A DNA stretch of 64,000 nucleotides from a virus. Lineage: Duplodnaviria; Heunggongvirae; Uroviricota; Caudoviricetes. The DNA lies in the IMG/VR virus record IMGVR_UViG_3300005337_000004, positions 60,745 to 124,744 of that record; one strand, written 5' to 3'. Under the pieces are notes generated by a model. That model had not been told where the DNA came from. It made no database searches and was given only the letters and a program-made list of their open reading frames with translations. Positions 56,599 through 64,000 of the stretch are shown here, one piece after another; position 1 is the stretch's first letter; each line of letters opens with the position of its first letter. The position numbers and the translations under genes were made by a program.

Positions 56599-56911
56599 CC
56601 CGGGCCGCTGGCGCATGTGGGCACACCGCTATGACAGCGGCGATCTGCACAACCTTGGCAGCCGCCGCTATGTCGAAGCCCACGGCGTTCCGAAGCCGAT
56701 CGTTGAGGTGAATGTAACCGAGGTTGCCGACGACGACCCGGCTGCAACCCACTGGGGTTGGATGCGTCCCACCGATACCGAACCGGTGATGATTTACCCG
56801 CGCGAGGTGCTGTTCTCCATGTGCTTCCACTACGGCGTTCAGGCCGAAGTCAACGCCGGCAAGGGGCGTGTGGTGCGGCTGGCCGTAACGGAGGTGGCCG
56901 ATGGCCAGTGA
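56591..56911 (+). CDS. hypothetical protein
   Basis: 106-aa ORF. Confidence 0.4.
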   Translation: MPDPGRWRMWAHRYDSGDLHNLGSRRYVEAHGVPKPIVEVNVTEVADDDPAATHWGWMRPTDTEPVMIYPREVLFSMCFHYGVQAEVNAGKGRVVRLAVTEVADGQ

Positions 56912-57206
56912 GCAGCATGCCGAGACCTGGCGTCGGTTTGTTGCCGACGTCCGCGACTTCACCGAGCGACACCCCTCGCCGGAAGGTGTGGCTCACCTCG
57001 TGTGGGAGGCCGCCGTTCTCGGGTTCGTCAACGGCACCCAGCATGCGGCCGGGCGCAGCCATTCGGAGGTGCATGCCGACTTCCTGAAGGACCACGCCAT
57101 CGTCAAGGGCGTCCTCGACATTGCCGAGCTCGACTGCGAGCGATGGGGCGCCCTAAGGGAACTGCGCGCCGGCGGCGAGACGGCCGGAGGGCACGGCGAT
57201 GCCTGA
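56901..57206 (+). CDS. hypothetical protein
   Basis: 101-aa ORF. Confidence 0.4.
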   Translation: MASEQHAETWRRFVADVRDFTERHPSPEGVAHLVWEAAVLGFVNGTQHAAGRSHSEVHADFLKDHAIVKGVLDIAELDCERWGALRELRAGGETAGGHGDA

Positions 57207-57384
57207 GCACATCAGCCCTGTACGCATGCGCGAGATCGACTACATCCTGCGGTTCCCCGGCAGGTTCCCCAAGTCCGACATCCGTGACGCCGCGCTCGAG
57301 CTGCGCGCGGAGATCGACTTGCTCAACGAGGCACTACAACGCACCCTTCCAGCCAACACCCACCACGAAGGAACCCCGTCATGA
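57199..57384 (+). CDS. small hypothetical protein
   Basis: 61-aa ORF. Confidence 0.3.
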   Translation: MPEHISPVRMREIDYILRFPGRFPKSDIRDAALELRAEIDLLNEALQRTLPANTHHEGTPS

Positions 57385-57980
57385 CCAGACGTATCGCTGC
57401 CCTGATTGCAGGGCTGTTCATCGCCCTCGCCGCTCTCGCTGGCTGCTCCCACGCCGCGCCCGTGTCCTACGCGCCGGCCGCCTACGGGCAGAACGGCCAG
57501 TGCTACTACGATGACGACCCCTACGAGGCGCAGCAGCTCCTTGCCGCGGGCCTGTGCCCTGCCGGCTGGGTGCCCACGCCGATGCCGCTGTACTGGCACG
57601 AGGAGTACTACAACTACTACTCGAGCCCCAGCTATTACAACCGGTACGTCCTGGTGTCCCACCGCACCGTGTACGTCACCCACGAAACGACGTTCCACAC
57701 CACCTACTCCTCGCAGATCACCGCGGCGTCATCGAAGGCCACGTACAAGGGCAGCAACGGCAAGACCGTCACCGGCACCACGGCGAAGATGAAGTTCTCT
57801 ACCGGCTCCGGATCCACCGGGAAGGTCGGCGGTGGGTCGCTGCGCAGCGGAACCAGCGGTGGATCTACTAAAGATACCGGTGGCGGAGGCGGCTCCGGCG
57901 GCAGCAAGAGCAGCGGCACGGTGAAGTCGAAGACCGGCAGCGGCAGCGTCGGCGGCGGATCCCTGCGGAGCCGCAAGTGA
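57381..57980 (+). CDS. lipoprotein with Gly/Ser-rich internal repeats
   Basis: Signal peptide plus a LAGCS lipobox. Tyr-rich middle, then duplicated GSGSTGKVGGGSLRS / GSGSVGGGSLRS repeats. Confidence 0.6.
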   Translation: MTRRIAALIAGLFIALAALAGCSHAAPVSYAPAAYGQNGQCYYDDDPYEAQQLLAAGLCPAGWVPTPMPLYWHEEYYNYYSSPSYYNRYVLVSHRTVYVTHETTFHTTYSSQITAASSKATYKGSNGKTVTGTTAKMKFSTGSGSTGKVGGGSLRSGTSGGSTKDTGGGGGSGGSKSSGTVKSKTGSGSVGGGSLRSRK

Positions 57981-58492
57981 TGCAGGAACGCGACTTCAGC
58001 GTCTACGGCTACTGGCCTCACTCCAGCGAACGCTGGGGTGAGGTGTTCCAGGCCACGTCAGCCCGTGCGGCCGAGGACCTGGCGCAGATGTACGCCGCCG
58101 AGCAGGGCGCGGTGCTGCGGGTGGCCGGCGTGTTCGAGGGCATCGTGGCGTCCGTCGACCGGTACACGCTGTACGTGGACCCGCGGGACGTGCGCAACCT
58201 CGACGAGGAAGACCTCGAGCCCGACGTGCCGGAACTTGAGACCGCAATGTGGACCGCGCTCGGGCTGGTTGAGGACCCGCACGACCGCCGCTGGAATGAG
58301 CGCACTGGCGGGCAGCGGTTTTGCGATCAGATCCTTGCCGACTCGCCGTTGGCCGCGGAGGACGTGGCAATGGACAAGGTGCACGACGAGGGCGGTCGGC
58401 TGCTGGTGTGTGCGGTGTTCGCGGGTGCTCGGCAGCGGGCGGACGCGCTGTACGCGAAGTTCGCGAACCCGGATGTGCAGGTGGAAGGCTAA
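57977..58492 (+). CDS. hypothetical protein
   Basis: 171-aa ORF. Confidence 0.45.
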   Translation: MMQERDFSVYGYWPHSSERWGEVFQATSARAAEDLAQMYAAEQGAVLRVAGVFEGIVASVDRYTLYVDPRDVRNLDEEDLEPDVPELETAMWTALGLVEDPHDRRWNERTGGQRFCDQILADSPLAAEDVAMDKVHDEGGRLLVCAVFAGARQRADALYAKFANPDVQVEG

Positions 58493-58607
58493 CCGGCACC
58501 CGAGGGATAGGCCGAAAAGCTACACGGCCGACAACAGCGGCGTACCCTCGCTAACGCACTCGCGTTAAACGCTCCGCGCCCCAATTCCCCACTCCCCTGG
58601 AGCCAGC

Positions 58608-59600
58608 ATGTCCGAGTACGGCAACAGATGGTCCGTCACCAAGATGGTCGCCGTCGGCAGCGCGACCGTCCTGGGTCTCATCATCGGAATCCCCGTCGTC
58701 GTTGGGACCCTGTCCGCCTGGGACTCGACCACCGCCGGCCAGGTCGCCGTCGTCCGCAACGGCGGACCGTTCTCCAACAGCAACATCCGCGCCGTCATCA
58801 AGCCCGCGTCGAGCCTGACGTGGACAGGCATCTGGTCCAGTACCCACAAGTACCCGGCGACACAGTCCTCGTACACCATCACGTCGGACCCTAAGAACGG
58901 CGGGCAGCCCGGCGTGGACGTCGTGTCCGTGCCGTCCTCCGACGGCGTGCAGATGGGGATCGAAGGCACGCTGTACTACACGCTCAATACCGACCCGGCG
59001 ACAATCCGAAGCTTCGACGACAAGTTCGGCACCCGCACCTACAGCTTCAACGCGAGCACCTACAACGCCTACGCCGGCACCAAGGGCTGGGACGCGTTCA
59101 TCAACACCATGGTGCGGCCGGTTCTGAACAATGCGCTGCGCGAGCAGATCGGCGACACACGCTGCTCCGACCTGGTGTCATCGTGCGCGCTGGTGCAGAA
59201 CAACGGCACCAACCCGGCCAACGGCACGTTCCCCGTGGGCAACGTCAACATCGCCAAGGTGCAGAACGCGATCAACGCCACGCTGACGACCGACATCAAG
59301 AGCACCCTCGGCGGGGACTACCTGATTGGGATCCAGTTCGCGATCAACAAGGTCGATCTGCCGTCGAACGTGCAAACCGCCGTCGATCAGGCGCAGGCGG
59401 CGTTCGCGGCGGTGTCACAGTCGCAGGCGAAGATCGCACAGGCCAAGGCCGAGGCGGATGCGAACGCCGCCAAGCAGCAGGGGTACAACAGCTGCCCCGC
59501 TTGCGCCGAGCAGGACATCTTGAAGGCGCTGCCGCCGTCAGTGACGGTCTTTGCGCCGGGGTCCGGGACGGGGCTGCCGTTGACGACCGGAGCGAAGTAG
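58608..59600 (+). CDS. SPFH/band-7 domain membrane protein
   Basis: N-terminal transmembrane helix, an SPFH-like core (...GQVAVVRNGG...), and a C-terminal Ala/Gln coiled coil (AQAAFAAVSQSQAKIAQAKAEADANAAKQQ). Confidence 0.5.
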   Translation: MSEYGNRWSVTKMVAVGSATVLGLIIGIPVVVGTLSAWDSTTAGQVAVVRNGGPFSNSNIRAVIKPASSLTWTGIWSSTHKYPATQSSYTITSDPKNGGQPGVDVVSVPSSDGVQMGIEGTLYYTLNTDPATIRSFDDKFGTRTYSFNASTYNAYAGTKGWDAFINTMVRPVLNNALREQIGDTRCSDLVSSCALVQNNGTNPANGTFPVGNVNIAKVQNAINATLTTDIKSTLGGDYLIGIQFAINKVDLPSNVQTAVDQAQAAFAAVSQSQAKIAQAKAEADANAAKQQGYNSCPACAEQDILKALPPSVTVFAPGSGTGLPLTTGAK

Positions 59601-59602
59601 CC

Positions 59603-59902
59603 GTGCCCGAGTTCGCTGCGGGGCTGGTCGTTTTGGCGCTGATCGGGGTGGGGCTGGCGTGGCGTGCGGAGCGCGCACGCCGCAAGGCGGCATCCGAGCG
59701 CTATGCCGGCGTATGGGAAACGGCAGAGAAGGCCGAGGCTGGTGTCACGATCGTCGGGGTCCGGCGCGTGTCGCACGGCCGCGAAACCGACTTTGCCGAG
59801 GTGGCGCGGGTTCCGAACGACGATCCGGACTGGCTTCGCAAGGTGCGTGACGCCCGCGCGGAGGCTGCGGAACGTATCAGCACGTTGGCGGCGGACGTAT
59901 GA
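59603..59902 (+). CDS. small membrane protein (NfeD-like partner of SPFH protein)
   Basis: GTG start and one transmembrane helix. It lies immediately downstream of the SPFH gene, as in SPFH/NfeD pairs. Confidence 0.4.
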   Translation: MPEFAAGLVVLALIGVGLAWRAERARRKAASERYAGVWETAEKAEAGVTIVGVRRVSHGRETDFAEVARVPNDDPDWLRKVRDARAEAAERISTLAADV

Positions 59903-60053
59903 CGGTCGTGCCACCGAAGGCAAAGGCCTCCTAGGTGGCGGTAAACGAATTCGCCGAGATCACGGCAGTCGGCTACCGTAGCCCTCGTCCCGGTGCGCCG
60001 GTTCCAGCTACTTCTTTGGAAAAGTGCTCGCTGGCACCACTCTTGATCTCGGG

Positions 60054-60198
60054 GCATTGACAACAGAATCAGCACCCGCCGGGTGCGCAGATGAGTCTTA
60101 CTTCTTCCTCAAAAGAAGAGAGCCCGGGTTCGAATCCCGGCGGCACGCGAGAGCGCGCTGTGGTGTAGCGGCCTAGCACTTCCGTCAGGCTCGTCACC
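60054..60198 (+). ncRNA. Y-RNA-like unit 1 (permuted tRNA-like module)
   Basis: T-arm CCGGG-TTCGAAT-CCCGG at 60124-60140, followed by a short closing hairpin and a D-arm-like GGTGTAGCGGCCTAGCAC. The unit is bounded by TTGATCTCGGG-type repeats at 60043 and 60199. Confidence 0.4.
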
Positions 60199-60212
60199 CT
60201 GATCTCCGGCGG

Positions 60213-60333
60213 GTTCAACTTCATAAGCACCTCCCGGTGCGCTGGTCGCGGGTACTTCTTGCAGAGGATCGGTTCGAATCCGAACGCCGCTTCGGTGGCG
60301 ACGACGTGTGGCTACGTCAACCCCGCAGCCGTT
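60213..60333 (+). ncRNA. Y-RNA-like unit 2
   Basis: T-loop GGTTCGAATCC at 60271-60281, followed by a CGCCGC-UUCG-GUGGCG tetraloop-capped acceptor-like hairpin (60285-60300). Bounded by repeats at 60199 and 60334. Confidence 0.4.
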
Positions 60334-60344
60334 TTGATCTCGGG

Positions 60345-60498
60345 AGGGACAGCGCAGACTTCGGTCGCGCCCGGTGCGAGGCAAGTACGGGTACTTCTAA
60401 TTTGAGGGTCGCCGGTTCGAGTCCGGCCCGCGTCAGCGATGAGGCGGTAGCTCAGTGGGTAGAGCATCAGACTGGCGAAAGCCGTCCCCGTCGCCAAC
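60345..60498 (+). ncRNA. Y-RNA-like unit 3 (best-formed: T-arm, closed acceptor stem, canonical D-arm)
   Basis: GCCGG-TTCGAGT-CCGGC (60411-60427), then CCGCGTC-a-gcgat-GAGGCGG, a 6/7-bp acceptor-like stem. Then TA-GCTC-AGTGGGTA-GAGC (a perfect D-arm, 60448-60465) and a GGC-GAAA-GCC tetraloop hairpin. Ends at the repeat at 60499. Confidence 0.5.
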
Positions 60499-60554
60499 TT
60501 GATCTCGGGCGCGACCACTGCCGCTCCTCCCCCGTGCAGTAGGGAAGTCGAGCG

Positions 60555-62207
60555 ATGTCGAAGTTCAACAGCCCCACCGTCAAGCCGGCCGTGTTCTCCC
60601 CGGTCGCCACCGAGCGCGCCCCTTCCGGCCGTACCCACGAGGGCGGCCCCGGGTACGGGCGCGACACCAAGTCGGAACTGTTCCTTCTCGCAGTCACGAA
60701 CATGGTCGCGGAGAACACCTTCTACGAGACCGCCGGCGCCCGTGACGACCGGTTCGAGCAACTCGTTCGGCAGGTTGCCATTGAGGACCCTGACTGGATG
60801 AGCCGGTTCGTTCCGTGGCTGCGCTCCGTTGCGAACATGAGGTCCGCCTCGATCGTGGCTGCGTGCGAAGCTGTGAAGGCGCGGCTGGATGCCGACCGCC
60901 AGGTGGAGAAGCCGCCGTTCGGCGTGGCCCAGGTGCAAAACCCCTTCAACCGCGCCGTCATTGCCGCGGCCTGCCAGCGTGCTGACGAGCCGGGCGAGAT
61001 CCTGGCGTACTGGACGTCCCGCTACGGCCGGGCAATCCCGAAGCCGGTGAAGCGGGGCGTGGCCGACGCTGTGGCCCGGCTCTACAGCGGCAAGTCGCTG
61101 CTAAAGTACGACTCGGACGCCAAGGGCTTCCGATTCGGCGACGTCATCGACCTTGTCCACCCCACGCCGCACCCGGATAAGCCATGGCAGGGCGAGCTGT
61201 TCCGCTACGCCCTTGACCGCAGGCACAACCGGGCCGGACTGCCCCCGGAGTCGAACCGGACGCTGAATGCGAACCTGGTGATGCGGACCCTGCCGGTTGA
61301 GGACCGGCGCGCGGTTCTGCTGCAGCCGGACGGCCCGGAGCGGCTCGCCGATGCGGGGTTCACATGGGAGGCGCTGGCTGGTTGGCTCCAGGGCCCGATG
61401 GATGCCGCCGCGTGGGAGGCGATCATCCCGTCGATGGGCCTGATGGCGCTGGCGCGGAACCTGCGGAACTTCGACCAGGCTGGCGTGTCCGATGCTGTGG
61501 CAGCGCAGGTTGCCGCGAAGTTCGCCGACGCCGAGCAGGTCGCCCGTTCCCGGATGCTGCCGTTTCGGTGGCTCTCGGCGCACCGGGCCGCGCCGTCGCT
61601 GCGGTGGTCTTACCCGCTGGAGCAGGCGCTCGGTCACAGCCTCGCGAACATTCCGCAGCTGGCGGGCCGAACCCTGATCCTGGTGGACACCTCCACCTCG
61701 ATGGACGCCGGGTTCTCCAAGGACGGCACACTGATGCGGTGGGACGCTGCCGCACTGTTCGGGATCGCACTCGGGCACCGCTGCGCGCACGCGGATGTGG
61801 TGTCGTTCTCCAGCGCCCAGCAGTTCTACGGCGACCGCCCCGGCCCGCGGACGAAGGCGTTCCCGATGGCCAAGGGCGAGTCGGTGCTGCGTTCGCTTCA
61901 GCGGTGGAAGGGCGACGGGTACTTCCTTGGCGGCGGTACCGACACGGCAGGGGCGCTGCGGTCCACATTCGCCAGGCACGATCGGGTGGTCATCGTCACC
62001 GACGAGCAGGCCGCATATGACCCGGTGGGCGTGTCGGGGTCGATCCCAGCGAACGTGCCGATGTACACGTGGAACCTCGCTGGCTACCAGGCGGGGCACG
62101 CGCAGTCCGGGGGCGCCAACAGGCATACCTTCGGGGGGCTGACTGATCAGGCCTTCAAGATGATTCCCCTCCTGGAGGCTGGGGCGTCGCAGAGCTGGCC
62201 GTTCTGA
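60555..62207 (+). CDS. rsr: Ro60-like TROVE-domain protein with C-terminal vWA (MIDAS) domain (Rsr ortholog)
   Basis: 550 aa. N-terminal TROVE/HEAT-like region. C-terminal vWA with a DxSxS MIDAS motif (ILVDTSTSMD) and later GGGTD. Confidence 0.75.
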   Translation: MSKFNSPTVKPAVFSPVATERAPSGRTHEGGPGYGRDTKSELFLLAVTNMVAENTFYETAGARDDRFEQLVRQVAIEDPDWMSRFVPWLRSVANMRSASIVAACEAVKARLDADRQVEKPPFGVAQVQNPFNRAVIAAACQRADEPGEILAYWTSRYGRAIPKPVKRGVADAVARLYSGKSLLKYDSDAKGFRFGDVIDLVHPTPHPDKPWQGELFRYALDRRHNRAGLPPESNRTLNANLVMRTLPVEDRRAVLLQPDGPERLADAGFTWEALAGWLQGPMDAAAWEAIIPSMGLMALARNLRNFDQAGVSDAVAAQVAAKFADAEQVARSRMLPFRWLSAHRAAPSLRWSYPLEQALGHSLANIPQLAGRTLILVDTSTSMDAGFSKDGTLMRWDAAALFGIALGHRCAHADVVSFSSAQQFYGDRPGPRTKAFPMAKGESVLRSLQRWKGDGYFLGGGTDTAGALRSTFARHDRVVIVTDEQAAYDPVGVSGSIPANVPMYTWNLAGYQAGHAQSGGANRHTFGGLTDQAFKMIPLLEAGASQSWPF

Positions 62208-62446
62208 TGTCCGACAAGGTTGAGGCCCCGTTCACGCCCGATCAGGTGGCATCACTCAACGCCTACCAGGTTGCCGGCATCATGCATCCGTTCACCTGTG
62301 GTGGCGGCCAGGCGCGTGGACATAGCGGCATCCGGCTGATTGCCGCCGAGGACGGCTGGCACTGCGCCAGCGACACCTGCGACTACCGGCAGGACTGGGC
62401 CCACGCTTTCATGGCTAACTGGTCGTGGAGGAGGCTCGAACTGTGA
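62207..62446 (+). CDS. small Cys/His protein
   Basis: 79-aa ORF with a FTCGGG...WHCASDTCDY cluster. Confidence 0.4.
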   Translation: MSDKVEAPFTPDQVASLNAYQVAGIMHPFTCGGGQARGHSGIRLIAAEDGWHCASDTCDYRQDWAHAFMANWSWRRLEL

Positions 62447-63321
62447 CCGACCGCACCGCGCTCGGAGACAGAATGAAAAAGTACGAGGCGGCCACGAAGA
62501 CCGTGCTGCCGCCTCGTAACTACTCGATCATCAGGGTCGACATCCGAGCCGCCCACACGCTGCTGCGTCACGCCGCCAAGCCGTTCGACTACGACTTCAT
62601 GGCCGACATGGACGCGACCGCCGTCGCGTTGTGCGCCGAGGTCCAGGGTGCGGTGCTCGGGTACGTGCAGTCCGACGAAATCAGCGTCCTCGTCTGCGAC
62701 TTCACCGGCCCGAACAGTCAGCCGTGGTTTGGCGGCGGGGTGCAGAAGCAGGTGTCGATCGCCGCGGCTACCACCACTGCCGCATTCAACGCACGCCGAC
62801 CCGCCGAGGTGGCGACCGGCCGCATGGCCACCTTCGATGCCCGCGTCTTTACGCTCCCGAACGCGGTGGAGGTCGCGAACTACTTCATCTGGCGAGAATG
62901 CGATGCAGTTCGCAACAGCATTGCCATGGCGGCGCAAGCTAAGTTCTCCCCGCGCCAGCTCCACGGCGTCAATACCGGCCGCATGCAGGAGATGCTGTTC
63001 GCCGAGCACGGCATCAACTGGAACGACTACCCGGACGGCGCCAAGCGCGGCCGGGTCGTGGTGAAGGCCTCCGGCGAGCGGGAAGTCACGTTCACGCACA
63101 AGCGAACCAACGAGGAGCGAACCGTCACGGCGGTGCGGTCTTGGTGGGAGGCGCAGCCGGCACCGCACTTCACGACGGATCCCGATGGGTGGCTGGCGCA
63201 GATAGTTCCGGCGCTGCCAATCCTGGATCTGGGACCCGAGTTCGAGACGCACGCCGCGGAGTCGCTGGAGATCGCGAACGCGACGTTCGATGCGGTCGCG
63301 CAGTCCTGGCCGAAAGATTGA
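62443..63321 (+). CDS. Thg1-like protein (tRNA-His guanylyltransferase family, 3'-5' polymerase)
   Basis: N-terminal ...MKKYE...YSIIRVDIRAAHTLL...KPFDYDFMADMDATA...GYVQSDEISVLV matches the Thg1/TLP catalytic core (RxDGRxFH..., SDE). Confidence 0.6.
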   Translation: MTDRTALGDRMKKYEAATKTVLPPRNYSIIRVDIRAAHTLLRHAAKPFDYDFMADMDATAVALCAEVQGAVLGYVQSDEISVLVCDFTGPNSQPWFGGGVQKQVSIAAATTTAAFNARRPAEVATGRMATFDARVFTLPNAVEVANYFIWRECDAVRNSIAMAAQAKFSPRQLHGVNTGRMQEMLFAEHGINWNDYPDGAKRGRVVVKASGEREVTFTHKRTNEERTVTAVRSWWEAQPAPHFTTDPDGWLAQIVPALPILDLGPEFETHAAESLEIANATFDAVAQSWPKD

Positions 63322-63363
63322 CTTACCCTGAACCATCTGGTCGTTTCCGTCCCGAGGAGACCG

Positions 63364-64000
63364 ATGACCACGCTCGACGAACTGTTCCCGCCCGCGGACC
63401 TCAAGGCCGAGATCGAAGCCGGCTACGTCTTGCGCAAGCAGCACCCTGAGCTGCCGATCTCGATCTACACCTACGGGCGCACCTGCCAGTACGAGAACCG
63501 GTGGAACGCCATCACCACTCGGTGTCGCGGCCTGATCGCCGACGACACCGACGGCCGGATAGTGGCGCACTGCCTGCCCAAATTCTTCAATCACAGCCAG
63601 CACGGCATCGGCTACGACTTCGCGCCGCCGCTGCCAAACGAGCCGTTCGAGATCTTCGACAAGGTCGACGGCTCGCTCGGGATCGTCTTTCACTACGCCG
63701 ACGCCTGGCGCGTGGCGTCAAAAGGCTCGTTCACTTCCGAGCAGGCGAGGTGGGCGCAGGCGTGGCTGGACGCAGCCGGCCCGGATGGCGCACTCGAGCC
63801 GGGCACCACGTACCTCGCGGAGATCGTGTACCCGGAGAACCGGATCGTAGTGAACCTCGGTGACGAGCGGACGCTGGTGCTGCTGGCCGTGTACGACGCC
63901 GAAGGCCGGGAGCACCCGGTTATCAGCTACGCCGACGCCTGGGAGAAGCTCGGCGGCCGGGTTGTGCGCTCGTGGCGGGCGCTGCCGCTGGCGGAACTGG
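63364..64000 (+). CDS. ATP-dependent RNA ligase (nucleotidyltransferase motif I KxDG), 3' end beyond window
   Basis: GAGGAGA RBS. Contains FDKVDGSLGIV (a KxDGS ligase adenylylation motif), with later TYLAEIVYPEN-type motifs. The ORF is open to the window end. Confidence 0.6.
   Translation, partial: MTTLDELFPPADLKAEIEAGYVLRKQHPELPISIYTYGRTCQYENRWNAITTRCRGLIADDTDGRIVAHCLPKFFNHSQHGIGYDFAPPLPNEPFEIFDKVDGSLGIVFHYADAWRVASKGSFTSEQARWAQAWLDAAGPDGALEPGTTYLAEIVYPENRIVVNLGDERTLVLLAVYDAEGREHPVISYADAWEKLGGRVVRSWRALPLAEL

Noticed and set aside
60043-60510. CRISPR array based on the repeated TTGATCTCGGG motif
   Set aside because: The repeat is only about 11 bp, spacing is irregular (135-165 bp), the intervening sequences are structured tRNA-like RNAs, and there are no cas genes.
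59903-60554. Canonical tRNA genes (e.g. tRNA-Leu(CAA) in unit 1, or a tRNA starting at the GCGGTAGCTCAGTGGGTAGAGC D-arm in unit 3)
   Set aside because: In every unit the T-arm lies 5' of the D-arm, so the order is permuted. No anticodon stem pairs, and the 5' and 3' acceptor strands are joined by a short loop. These are tRNA-like modules, not tRNA genes.
1-64000. Prophage boundaries with attL/attR and flanking host genes
   Set aside because: No host housekeeping genes are seen. Phage modules flank the attP/int locus on both sides and no direct repeat pair brackets the element within the window.

Overview
This window is a GC-rich (~68%) temperate siphovirus genome of an actinomycete host. The host looks Streptomyces-like, based on a WhiJ/AbaA-type regulator pair, WhiB and tandem LuxR regulators. 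The genome is in the unintegrated (attP) configuration. Almost all genes are on the + strand and tightly packed with overlapping stops and starts (ATGA, GTGA, TAATG). Gene order is as follows.

- 1-10.2 kb: end of the head/neck module and the tail module. It has a major tail protein, a G/GT chaperone pair with a predicted -1 frameshift, a 1094-aa tape measure protein, minor tail proteins and a secreted SGNH esterase. A lower-GC insertion between the tape measure and minor tail genes carries an HNH_3-type homing-endonuclease-like gene.
- 10.3-14.0 kb: lysis cassette with an HNH nuclease, membrane proteins, a GH25 endolysin and membrane/coiled-coil accessory proteins. It ends in a strong bidirectional terminator.
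- 14.1-17.9 kb: cargo island on mixed strands. It has an HFCD flavoprotein, a WhiJ-like XRE regulator with a GHKL ATP-binding partner, a tandem-wHTH regulator and a membrane protein.
- 18.0-19.4 kb: a terminator hairpin, an attP core containing the 3' part of tRNA-Val(GAC), and a tyrosine integrase on the - strand.
- 19.5-20.8 kb: CI-like repressor on the - strand, TTGCCTGTAGG operators, Cro-like and Xis-like HTH proteins.
- 20.8-59.9 kb: early/middle region. Recognisable genes are GIY-YIG nucleases, RecE/RecT-like recombination genes, DnaQ exonuclease, Gp37/Gp68 (DUF5131), RusA, a C5-cytosine methyltransferase, tandem ParB-fold proteins, DUF1643 and DUF4326. There is a replication module (iteron-containing initiator, DnaC-like loader, DnaB, SSB), WhiB, a tandem LuxR regulator and dozens of small Cys-rich proteins. 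A - strand island carries a second GIY-YIG gene next to a 4x palindrome array. Further on are a STAS-domain protein, a lipoprotein and an SPFH/NfeD-like pair.
- 59.9-64.0 kb: an RNA-repair-type cassette. It has three tandem Y-RNA-like (permuted tRNA-like) noncoding units, then Ro60/TROVE-vWA (Rsr), a small ORF, a Thg1-like tRNA 5'-repair enzyme and an ATP-dependent RNA ligase that is truncated by the window end.

All coordinates are 1-based. Start codons were refined by hand from the ORF track and may be off by a few codons.
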